A DNA stretch of 64,000 bases from Synechococcus sp. (GTDB taxonomy: Bacteria > Cyanobacteriota > Cyanobacteriia > PCC-6307 > Cyanobiaceae). Positions 10,336 to 19,808 of the stretch are shown here, in pieces (the first letter of the stretch is position 1; the number at the start of each line of letters is the position of its first letter). The DNA lies in contig JBJBEO010000001.1 in the NCBI GenBank assembly GCA_047284725.1, positions 352,001 through 416,000 on the forward strand, in the 5' to 3' direction. The position numbers and the translations under genes were made by a program. Below the pieces are notes generated by a model. The model was given only the letters and a program-made list of their open reading frames with translations, did not search any database and was not told where the DNA came from.

Positions 10336-11463
10336 TCAGTGCACCTGATAGTGGAGCCAGCGGCAATCGATGCCGCCGTTGCTGACGGGGATACGCCTTG
10401 ATGCTTTCATCCGCAAGGCGCCTGTCACTGCCGCATTGCCGCTCAGCACCCAGGCATCCCAGCCAGAGGCCTTGGTTTTGAAACTGTTTCCCAGTGCTCC
10501 GTAGAGATCATCCAGTGCGTCGTCCCGGCCCACGCGCACGCCATAGGGCGGATTGCACACCAACACACCGGGGCCTGAAGGAAGGGTGAGGTCTCGAAAA
10601 TCACCGCACTGAATGGTGATGCAGTCGCTGAGTCCAGCCGCCTCCACATTGCTGCGCGCCTGGTCGGCAATGTGAGGGTCCTGTTCATTGCCGATGATCG
10701 GCGGCAGCAGACGCTGATGCTGTTCGCGTTTGCGCGCCCGCTCCTCCTCCTGTGACCAGAGCTCGGCATCGAAATCGGCCCAGCCTTCGAGGCTGAAGCG
10801 GCGTTCAAGCCCCGGGCACAGGTTCCTTGCCTGGCTGGCTGCCTCGATCAGCAGGGTGGCAGAGCCACAGAGGGGGTCCACCAACGGCGTGGTGCCATCC
10901 CATCCCGTGAGGCGGATCAGGCCTGCAGCAAGGTTTTCCTTCAAGGGAGCGTCTCCCATGGCAGCGCGATAGCCGCGGCGATGGAGGCTGCCGCCGCAGC
11001 CATCGAGGCTGAGCACCGCCCCGCCCCGGCCGAGGTGGAGATGCAGGTGCAGGTCGGGGTCCTCCAGGTCGACCGAGGAGCGCTCACCCCAGAGCTCCCG
11101 TTGGCGATCCACGATCGCGTTCTTCACCTGCAGGGCGTTGTAGTGGCTGTGGTTCAGTCCCTGGGCGCTGCCGGTGGCATCGACACGGAAGCTCATCGAA
11201 GGGTGCAGCCAGCGCTCCCATTCCATGCTCTCCTGCACGCCGTAATAAAGGGAATCCCTGCCATCACAGGGGAAGCTGGCCAGCTCTCGCAGCAATCGGA
11301 AGGGAAGGCGGCATTGCAGATGGAGGCGATACAGACAGGCCATGTCGGCTTCGAAGGCCGCGGCGCGTCGTAATGGCCGCACGGCCTTGGCTCCCAGGGC
11401 GATGAGCTCCTCGACTCCTGCGTCCTCCAGCCCCTGGGGCAGCACGGCCACTCCGTGATGCAT
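10336..11463 (-). CDS. THUMP-domain class I SAM RNA methyltransferase (RlmL-like)
   Basis: SLHRRGYR, APLKENLAA, DPLCGSAT and NPPYG motifs. Confidence 0.92.
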   Translation of the reverse strand: MHHGVAVLPQGLEDAGVEELIALGAKAVRPLRRAAAFEADMACLYRLHLQCRLPFRLLRELASFPCDGRDSLYYGVQESMEWERWLHPSMSFRVDATGSAQGLNHSHYNALQVKNAIVDRQRELWGERSSVDLEDPDLHLHLHLGRGGAVLSLDGCGGSLHRRGYRAAMGDAPLKENLAAGLIRLTGWDGTTPLVDPLCGSATLLIEAASQARNLCPGLERRFSLEGWADFDAELWSQEEERARKREQHQRLLPPIIGNEQDPHIADQARSNVEAAGLSDCITIQCGDFRDLTLPSGPGVLVCNPPYGVRVGRDDALDDLYGALGNSFKTKASGWDAWVLSGNAAVTGALRMKASRRIPVSNGGIDCRWLHYQVH

Positions 11464-11534
11464 CGCTCTGCGTTGACGGTTTTCCCTCGCCAAGTGCGTG
11501 TGCTCCGGTTCACCACTGCTGTCAGAATGGCAAG

Positions 11535-11810
11535 GTCCGGTTTCGGCCGGACTAGGTGATCCACACCGGTGTTTCGGACAGCGGTTCGATTCCGCTCAGC
11601 TCCATTTCCCCTTTTCTGGGGCTGCAATGGTTTCGACGGGGCATAAGGAGGGTGACTGAAGCCTGCTCGGTAAGAGCAAACCCGTAACAGCGAACAACAT
11701 CGTTCGTTTCTCCCGTCAAGCAGCCCCTGTTGCTGCCTGACCCAATAAGGGAGATGGGGTGAGGTCAGCCTTATCACCCAATTGACTCATGGGGGCTGGA
11801 AGGCCCCTTC
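11535..11810 (+). ncRNA. ssrA: tmRNA, circularly permuted two-piece form
   Basis: The acceptor piece, with T-arm GGTTCGATTCC and ending CAGCTCCA at 11604, precedes the GGGGCTG 5' piece starting at 11618. The tag reading frame 11690-11740 encodes ANNIVRFSRQAAPVAA*. Confidence 0.95.
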
Positions 11811-11854
11811 AATACTGACAACTCGGCACTTACGTCAACACCAAGAAATAGGGG

Positions 11855-11875
11855 TGTTGCCAAAACTGTTGCCAA
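11855..11875. repeat. Direct repeat TGTTGCCAA x2, candidate integrase arm-type sites
   Basis: TGTTGCCAA at 11855 and 11867, between tmRNA and the integrase start. Confidence 0.55.
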
Positions 11876-11897
11876 CGTTCCTTTCGTCTTCTCGGGC

Positions 11898-12856
11898 ATG
11901 GATAAGGCGGAGGCCCTGGCCTACGTCAGCCGCTTGTTTGATGCGGCAGCAGCCGGCGCCGTTCTCTGGGGGGACAAGCTCCTCCTGAAGCGATTCCTTG
12001 AGCAGTGCTCGCGCACTGGCTCCCAGGAGACCAAGGACGGCTATCGGCGAGAGCTGCAGCACTTCACCCGCTGGCGTGACCAGAATCACCCACACATGCA
12101 CCTGAGGGAACTCGATCCCGCGCTGGTGGATGACTGGGTGTCCCGACTGCGGGAACAAGTGAAGGCGGGCGAACTCAAGCCCCGCTCGTTCAACCGGCGG
12201 GTCAGCGCGGTGAGCGCCCTCTACCGATGGGCGTCGGAGCCTACGCGAGCAGCTGTGACAGGAGTGCCGCGCAACCCAATCCCCCGAAGAACAGGAATGT
12301 CGGCACCAAAGTTGGCCAAACCGCTGGCTGAGTCGGATCTGACATCAGTTCTCGGAGTTATCAGTGCCGCGAAGGTAAAGGGGTCAGCCATCGCAGCGCG
12401 GGACTACGTCATGGTCCGCGGTTCCTACCTGCTGGGCTGCCGGGTGTCCGAGCTGTGCCGGCTGCGCTGGGAGGACCTCGAACCGCTGGGTGAAGGCGGC
12501 AACGTACGGCTGCTGGGTAAGGGGAGTAAGCCCCGCACCATCCATGTCAGCGCGGCGACGCTGGAGCTGTTCAAGTCGTTGGGCCGCGGCAAACCCGAAG
12601 AGTGGCTGTTCCCTTCCAATAGGAGGAATGGCCCATTGACCCGACAGGCGGTGGCCGCTCGCATGGCGATGTGGGGCCGGGAAGCAAACGTCCGGCTCTA
12701 TCCGCACCGTTGCCGCCATACCCACGCCACTCATGCCATCAGGAGAGGAGTTGATGTCTTCACGCTTCAAGCAACCCTCGGACACAGTTCACTGGCACGA
12801 CAGGCCATTACGTTGCTGCTGAGCCTGGCGACAGTTTTTCTTTGCGGCTGGGCTAA
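11898..12856 (+). pseudogene. Tyrosine recombinase/integrase, frameshifted just before the catalytic Tyr
   Basis: GCRVSE, GKGSK, HRCRH and LGHSS motifs. After about 12791 the expected TTGHYVAAEPGDSFSLRLG* continues in another frame (stop 12854-12856). Confidence 0.85.
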
Positions 12857-12935
12857 TGGAAGGTTTCATTTCTGACACTTCATTGGTTTAGTAGTGAGTT
12901 TCGTAAGCAGAGTTGCGCTAAGTCGTTTTTAATAA

Positions 12936-12994
12936 CGATTGTAATAAAAAAGGGGGACGGTTATTCACCAGCCCCCCTTTTTTTATTACAATCG
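12936..12994. terminator. Long inverted repeat, probably a bidirectional terminator
   Basis: CGATTGTAAT-A6-G5 ... C6-T7-ATTACAATCG, between convergent genes. Confidence 0.7.
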
Positions 12995-13200
12995 CAGGGC
13001 ACCCCCACACTGCCAATTTAGCAATATGCTGCTCTGATTATTGGGTCTCCAGGACTTATATGGCCCTGCTTTGATGGTTGTCTTCGTGCCTGTGACTATC
13101 TGCCAGGGTGCGTCCTGGGTCCCGCTGCACGCACGCGGCGGAACATAAGCCTGGGACTACGGGGTGACTAGCCGAGTGACCAATGCCTGGTGTGTCTGAA

Positions 13201-13641
13201 CTATGGCTTTTGAGTGATTTGAGGGGATCCCTGTCCCCGCCAATAGGCAAGAAGCTCCATCGGTGATGGAAAGTTCAGGCACTCCTCCCAGCACTCCATC
13301 ACAGCAATGTCTCCTTCTGTTAGCCAGGATGCAAACTTTTCAGTTGACATCTTTTTTGCAGCTGTTATCCCCTGAAACTTTTTTGGATCAGCTTGCTTGT
13401 AAGGTTTGACAAGTTCACTAAGCCATGTCTTGGTCATCTTCCTTTTCGCTGGAGCGAAAGGAACTGGCATCGCCGATGGCAATGCTTTGAATGATGACGA
13501 ACGAGATTGACTGCTTTGACGGGCATCTTCCAGGATCCGATTCGTGTTGTCGATGTGTTGACCAGCTCGGCGAGCCATTCGCCTGTCGGTCTCAACCATC
13601 CGGTCAATCAGATGATTTAACCCATCAGTGATTGAACTCAT
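13201..13641 (-). CDS. Hypothetical protein (146 aa)
   Basis: Clean ORF whose ATG overlaps the TGA of the upstream gene (ATGA coupling). Confidence 0.75.
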   Translation of the reverse strand: MSSITDGLNHLIDRMVETDRRMARRAGQHIDNTNRILEDARQSSQSRSSSFKALPSAMPVPFAPAKRKMTKTWLSELVKPYKQADPKKFQGITAAKKMSTEKFASWLTEGDIAVMECWEECLNFPSPMELLAYWRGQGSPQITQKP

Positions 13642-14088
13642 ACACCTGCCTCAATCTGCTGTATGTCATGGATGTCTTTGGCTGCTTTCCAAGCACGCAT
13701 GAATGCGTAGCAAGCAGCAAGCAATCGTTTGATAGGGCGTGCTCCTTGGTAGGTGCCTGGTCCTTTTTGATACTCCTCTATACCCTCAACAATCTCATCT
13801 CCAGCCTTTTCAAGGCTGGAGAAAACATCCCTGTATTTGGTGAGGATTCCTAGGAGCTGTGCACGTTCTTGATAATCCAGCTTCGCGTCATTGGCGTAGC
13901 TGCTGATCTCTTCTTGCAGCTGGTCAATTAGTACGTCTCTCTCCTTGACCTGGCGGATGTACTGGCTTCTGCTTCGGTTAACGGTTATTGCAGCTTTCCG
14001 TAGATGGTCGTATTGCTTACGGAGATCAGAGGGCTCTGGCTTGACCGGGAAGACCTTGCCGATGGATGCATAGGGGGGCTTGGGTCAC
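13638..14088 (-). pseudogene. Hypothetical coiled-coil protein (about 149 aa), frameshifted in a 6-nt homopolymer near its start; absent from the ORF track
   Basis: Open frame IGKVFPVKPEPSDLRKQYDHLRK...IQQIEAGV* ends at 13638. A GTG at 14088 joins it (MTQAPYASIGK...) if the G6 run at 14073-14078 is G5. Confidence 0.7.
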
Positions 14089-14231
14089 AACGCTCTACTC
14101 GTACCGAGTCCCATGATCCCATGCCTGTGGGAGGGTTTTACTGAGATCCGACTGGGCTATGCGCTTTGCGCATGATTAAGCGCATTGCTCCCGTCTCGGA
14201 TTAGGAATAGAAAAGTCAAGCTGTCGCCTCT

Positions 14232-15977
14232 GTGTCCGCAGTCCTTCTGTTCATCACCGGAGTTCTAGCCGGCGTGATCGTCGGCTTCATCCTCAGCAAG
14301 ATGTTTGGTCGTTCCAAACCAGCTGCAAATACTGGAGACCTGGGGCTTTTAGAAGAACGCCTTGGGCAGGCCAATGAAGGTCTGGGGAAGTTCAGTCTTC
14401 AGCTTGAAGCACAGAACGCAGAGATCAAAGAACAGCAGCTGCAACTACAGGCAGCCAAAGAGGCCGCGGCAATCAGTCGAACACAGCTTGATGCCGTCAT
14501 AAGGGAGCGCGATGGACTCAGGTCGTCAGAAGCAAGTACAAAGTCAGCACTGGAACAGACACGGATCCAAAAAGAGGAGCTGAGCGCACAAGCTGCTGAA
14601 GCTACTGAAAAACTCAAATCTCATTTGGAGCGCATTGAGGTTCTGAGCCAGGAGCGGGACGAACTCAAATCATCCATAACCACCACGAAGGTGGTGCTGG
14701 AGGAAACCCGCCTCCAAAAAGAGGAGCTGAACACCCAAGCGGCGGAAGCTGCCGAGAAACTGAAGTCTCAACAGAACCAGGCACGGACTGAGCTGAATGC
14801 CATAACCGAGGAACGTGATGGGCTTAGAGAGGCTCAAAAGCGGTTGAGCGCAGACCTTGAAGAGATCCGTTCAGCCAAGGAGGACCTCAGCAAGAAAGCA
14901 GCTGAGGTCTCAGAAATGCTCAGGTCGCAGGAAAGCCAAACCCAGTTCTTGGAGCAAGCAAGAGCAGATCTGCTTACCCAATTCCGTTCTCTTAGCGGGC
15001 AGATGCTGGATGGGTCGAGGGAAGCTCTGCTCAAGAGCACCAAAGAGACCGTCAGCGAGCCCTTCTCGAAGCAGATGGAGCAGCTTCGCCAGCAGATGCA
15101 GGTGCTTCAGAAGGAATCGGTCGAAAAGCTTGGGGTGCTTGCTCAGACCACCATCGACCTAAAGCAACGCAGCGAGGACGTCCAAGGAGCAGCCCAACAG
15201 CTCACCTCAGCCTTGAGGTCTCCAAACGTCAAAGGGCGCTGGGGGGAGGTCAACCTCCGAAGGATCTTGGAGTTCGTGGGGCTGATCAGCTACTGCGACT
15301 TTGATGAGCAGGTGCATGTCGGAACAGAGGACGGTGCCTACAGACCTGACTGCGTAATAACCATTCCTGGATCAAGAAGGCTGATCGTCGACTCCAAGGC
15401 ACCGATTGAGAGCTATCTGGATGCTCTGCAAGCAAACGATGAGGCACAACGCGAAGCAGCACTGAAGGAGCATCTGAGGAAGGTGCGCAGCCACGTTGAT
15501 CTGCTGAGTAAGAAGGATTACGCCAGCAAGCTCAGTTCCCTGGGTCAGGTCGTGGATGGAGTGGTGCTGTTTATTCCTGTGGAAGGTGCCTTATCGATGG
15601 CACTGGAACGCGACCCAGATCTCTTGGAGTACGCCTTCAGTAAGAACATCATCCTGACCTTCCCAACAAGCCTGCTGGCGATCCTGAAGGGTCTGGCGAT
15701 GTCCATACAGCAGGCTGAGATCGCCACCAATATTGAGGAGATCCAAAACAACGCTGTTGAGCTACACAAGCGATTCTTGACCTTCGTGGACAAGTTCAAC
15801 ACTGTTGGCAGCAACCTGGCTCGACTCAACAAGAGCTACAACGAAGCAGTTGGATCAGCACAAAGCAGGTTGATACCTCAGGGAAGACGATTCTCTGAAC
15901 TAGCTGGACAAAGCGGAGAGGCAAAACTAAACGATGCTATTGACAGTGTTGTCAGAGAGATTCAGGCTGGCGAGTGA
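14232..15977 (+). CDS. rmuC: RmuC-family protein with N-terminal TM anchor and expanded coiled coil
   Basis: KGRWGEVNL, RPDCVITIPGSRRLIVDSKAP, LSKKDY, LFIPVE and PTSLLAIL motifs. Confidence 0.9.
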   Translation: MSAVLLFITGVLAGVIVGFILSKMFGRSKPAANTGDLGLLEERLGQANEGLGKFSLQLEAQNAEIKEQQLQLQAAKEAAAISRTQLDAVIRERDGLRSSEASTKSALEQTRIQKEELSAQAAEATEKLKSHLERIEVLSQERDELKSSITTTKVVLEETRLQKEELNTQAAEAAEKLKSQQNQARTELNAITEERDGLREAQKRLSADLEEIRSAKEDLSKKAAEVSEMLRSQESQTQFLEQARADLLTQFRSLSGQMLDGSREALLKSTKETVSEPFSKQMEQLRQQMQVLQKESVEKLGVLAQTTIDLKQRSEDVQGAAQQLTSALRSPNVKGRWGEVNLRRILEFVGLISYCDFDEQVHVGTEDGAYRPDCVITIPGSRRLIVDSKAPIESYLDALQANDEAQREAALKEHLRKVRSHVDLLSKKDYASKLSSLGQVVDGVVLFIPVEGALSMALERDPDLLEYAFSKNIILTFPTSLLAILKGLAMSIQQAEIATNIEEIQNNAVELHKRFLTFVDKFNTVGSNLARLNKSYNEAVGSAQSRLIPQGRRFSELAGQSGEAKLNDAIDSVVREIQAGE

Positions 15978-16159
15978 AATGAACATTACAATAAGAAAAT
16001 AAGTGCAACACTGCTTCAAGGAATTATGGCAAGAGAATAACATCGACCAACGACGCCTCGCCGAGTAGCGTCAACACCTAAGCCAATGAAAAGATGTTTT
16101 CCAAATAAAATTGCATAGACTTTTTTGAGATTAAACAATACACTTTATGATTGCCCGAA

Positions 16160-18373
16160 TCAACCGAAGACAATCTGGCTAAATTTGGCCTTGTATTCGG
16201 AGCAGAAGGCTTCATACTTTATGCATCGTCTATCGACATTGTCGGCAATCATCTCATAGGCGTTCTTTGTCACAGCAACATGAGTTGGGGGTTGATTCTT
16301 GTCAGGCTGCACAATAAGAAGAAGCCAATAATTGTCACCTTTCTCTTTTGCTGCAAATATTTCATTGTCGGTAACCCGGAATTCTGCACCGATGGACTCA
16401 ATCAGCTTAACTTCAACATATATTTCTCGCTCGCTACCATTTTCAAGGCCAATCAAGTCACATCCACAGTTCCTTTTTGAAACGTCCTTAGCATCAATCC
16501 CCAGCGAAGAAAGTATATCAATAGCAAAAACTTCTGCCTTTCTCCAAGATGCCTGGTCATTCGCCGATAGACCTCGAGAATAACCGCCCTCTTTCGAAAA
16601 AATCTGATTACTTACATAAACAGCTTCAGCAGTTGATCTTGCCAAAAATGAGGAATCTTGACTCGCCTGTATTGGCTTCTCTTGCATAAGTTCAAGCACT
16701 GGATGGTAAATAGGATTGCCATCTCTTTTCATTGACTCTTTCTGTCTTTCTATGAGTTTTGCCGGGAAATGTGAGGGATCAAGTCCTAGCATTAGATGCC
16801 AATCAATACAGCCAAGGCCCCCGCAGAATCGTGTGATTGAATCAAAGGCAAATTCATCTACTTGCAGGATTTTACTACTGTTTATTTCGTTTGCTGATTG
16901 AATCTCTTTATTAGTGCAGACTATAAGTTTTGCATTTTGAAGATATTCATTTTCAAGCGCCTTGACGTATCTGAGCTCTCTTATGTCGTCGTTAATATAT
17001 TTTATAATGTTCATCGTGGTCTGTAGCGAAAGGGGCCTCGCCTCTAGTTGATCAAAAAGCATGATAAGGGAAATCTCTGAAGCTCCTATTAACTTAAAAA
17101 AAACCATAGTAATCTTGGTTGCTTAATTGCTCATACAAAACCGCTTTTCTGGAATTTAATAAGCAATAGTTCTTGTAATCATCTATGGTCATCCAAGACG
17201 GCTTGATGAGAAATGAGGAGTAGTCAATGCCTGCATCCTTTGCCGCATTCTTTATTGAGCTAGCAATAATGGAGGGTGATATGTCTAGAATATCTGCTTT
17301 ATGGCAGGGAATTATTATTTCAAGAAGTTGAGAATCTTCAGGGCTTAGTTGTTCAATACTCTGCTGATATAGAAGTTCACTGATAAGTTCAATAACATCC
17401 GTCATTATTTTTTTCGTGTGCTCATCGGTCGCAATTCTTGTCCTGGATGGATCTGTACTAAAGTCTCCATTGATAATTGCTCCTAGGCCAGTCACGGTAA
17501 GCATTGGTAAAAATGCTTGGGCGTATGCTTTGGTTTTGGGAAGTCTTTTTGGTATCCCATCCTCTAGATCCGAAGAGATTGAAATGGATTTGTATTTCCA
17601 AATCCTAGCTATCTTGTTTTCGTCGTATGATTTCTTGTTTATCTCACTTTTGAAGTCAATATTTATATCCTGAAATGGCACTTTTCCTTTGAATTCTTGG
17701 TCTTGTGCTGCGCTTTTGCTGACCGAAATGCAGCACTCGTTGGCCATGCTAATCGTGATATTTGAAATTGAATTTAGAAATGTAATGGCATTCGATTTGA
17801 TACCTCTCATGTCCTGTAAGAGTTGATCTGTGTTGACATCATGGAGGACAAAGCAAGTCGTACATGAATGCTCTGCAAGTAAGTTTTTTGCATCTTCCTT
17901 GATTTGACTGTTTATGCTTCCCCAGTGAGGAACACGAAGAAGTGGCACATCTGCATCACTGGCAAATAGTTTTTTAGTTTTATTTTTTGAAAAGTAAACC
18001 TCAAGATTGCCGCTATAGATTGAAATCTCTTCCGCGACACCCGCCGTAGACTTAAAGCCTATTCCGCGATATCCAATATTTACGCCCCGCTGCTTCGCTG
18101 AAAAAGCGCTTCTACATATGGATTCTAAATCACTGCAAGTAAATGGTGTTCCATTGTTCAAGAAAAAAGATTGCTGCCAAGCTTTTTTGCGACAAAGCAG
18201 CTCGAGTTGCAATCGTCAGCATTTTGGATTAATTCGTAAAATACTCTTGAGACGTATGTTTCGGATATATATCGCCCAAGACCAGCAATTTCTTCAATGA
18301 TTTTAGTGTTAGCTTGCGCCTCAAGCTGAATCTCCTGGGCTTTTGATTGAAGAGCAGTTTGACTGTTATCCAT
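16160..18373 (-). pseudogene. Sacsin/NO VEIN-type GHKL ATPase fused to a C-terminal DUF3883 (PD-(D/E)XK-like) nuclease; one gene of about 737 aa split by two homopolymer indels
   Basis: ELIQNADD, NNGTPFT, IGYRGIGFKS, INGDFSTDPSR and GCDL...YVEVK...TDNE are spread over three ORFs. The frames join with +1 nt at A6 (18163-18168) and -1 nt at A8 (17096-17103). Confidence 0.85.
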
Positions 18374-18852
18374 TTGCAGGTGCTTGTTATACGGAAAAGA
18401 GCGCAAGTCGAAGGTCTCGTGTTGCTCGTGAGTTGGGATTGAGCTGCTGCGAGGCGTCTAGAATAGTTTTAGCCGAAGATTCATGTGAATCAAGGTTAGA
18501 ATAAATGATTACATGCTCAAATAATTTATGGTGTCGTTCTGTCGGCTTACAATTGGCAATATGTCCAGATTTGGCGGGCCAATCAGATCGCCTTGCTGGT
18601 TAGGTGTATTGCCAAGCGTGGGGCACTGATTGCTAACAGTCAGTGCCTGATGCTTTGCGCCAACGGCTTGCAGGGATTCTGCAGAGGGAAGCGTGAACAG
18701 GGATCTGACCTGCATTGACAGCACCATTGCTGACACCGCTGATCAGCAAGGCACCCTCACGGAACTGCTTCTCGATCTGATTGTGCTGTTTGCAGGCGCC
18801 ATGAGAGTCACCCTGCGTGAGCTGACCGTTCAAGTTCAACTAACCGAGTGCG

Positions 18853-19200
18853 ATGCCCCGATCCACCAACAAGCAGATCGCTGATCGGGTCGCAACACTC
18901 AAGGCAATGATCCTTAGCGGCAGCAGCAACAGCACCGCCGTCAGGTTTGCGTCAGACGAATGGGGCCTGAGTCAGCGGCAGTGTCACAGGCTCCTAGCTC
19001 GTGCATGGGAACAGATCCGTGCTGATGTGCAGCCACTTGATCGCAAGGACTTGGTGGCTTGGGCTGTGCATACGTTGCAGGAGACAGCGGGTGATGCGGC
19101 AAGACGTGGGCAGCCTGCTGCGGTTGTCGGTGCCATCAGGGAACTGTCGAATTTGTGTGGCTTGAGCACGGCATCAACGCCACGGGGATGGCGGCGTTGA
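18853..19200 (+). CDS. HTH protein, possibly a terminase small subunit-like protein of a satellite-type element
   Basis: HTH-like FASDEWGLSQRQCHRLLARA followed by helices ending AAVVGAIRELSNLCGL. The functional assignment is inference. Confidence 0.5.
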   Translation: MPRSTNKQIADRVATLKAMILSGSSNSTAVRFASDEWGLSQRQCHRLLARAWEQIRADVQPLDRKDLVAWAVHTLQETAGDAARRGQPAAVVGAIRELSNLCGLSTASTPRGWRR

Positions 19201-19808
19201 TGATTTCCCGTCAGGGTTTTTCTCTTGCTTGGGCACGCCGGTCTCAGTTTCAGTGGAGTCCGGCCTGAAGGCAATGAGCAAGACAACGGGTAGGCAGTAC
19301 GGCGATCTGGGTGGAGAGTGTGGTCATCGAGATCGGAGGCGCTGATGACAGCCGACACTCCACCGGAGCAAAGCTGAGAAGCAGACTGACTTTTTGGCCC
19401 CTGCTCCAACAGTTTCCACCCACCCGTGAGGCACGGTCTTTTGGCAGGCACTTAGCTGTACGCCACGTCAATCGACACCCCACATCACCGCGCAAAAGGT
19501 GACCCGGGGATCCAACGCCACACACTTGGACGTCATGGCCCCAGGGATGCCATAGCCAAGTCGCTTCGACCTTCTTCTTTCAGTTCACTGTTCTTCGGTA
19601 AGCAACCACGCTTCACGGATACAGCATCACTGATTAGGTCGATTGCTATGCACAAGCGAGCGAGCTAGGCCGTCTCTCCACCTGGGAGGGGCGGCCTCCC
19701 TGTTTGGGCTTGGCAACCCTGGGATCTCGCGGCAAGCCCTGAATTGTTTTCTCAGACTCTCTGAAGGACCTAGGATTTCCGATCTCTCGATAAGGACCCA
19801 CAGCGGCC

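Larger units (their letters stand above)
11811..19450. mobile_element. tmRNA-anchored integrative element / island module (right boundary uncertain)
   Basis: Integrase directly downstream of ssrA, arm-like repeats, AT-rich cargo and a small HTH gene at the far end. No attR duplication found. Confidence 0.6.
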
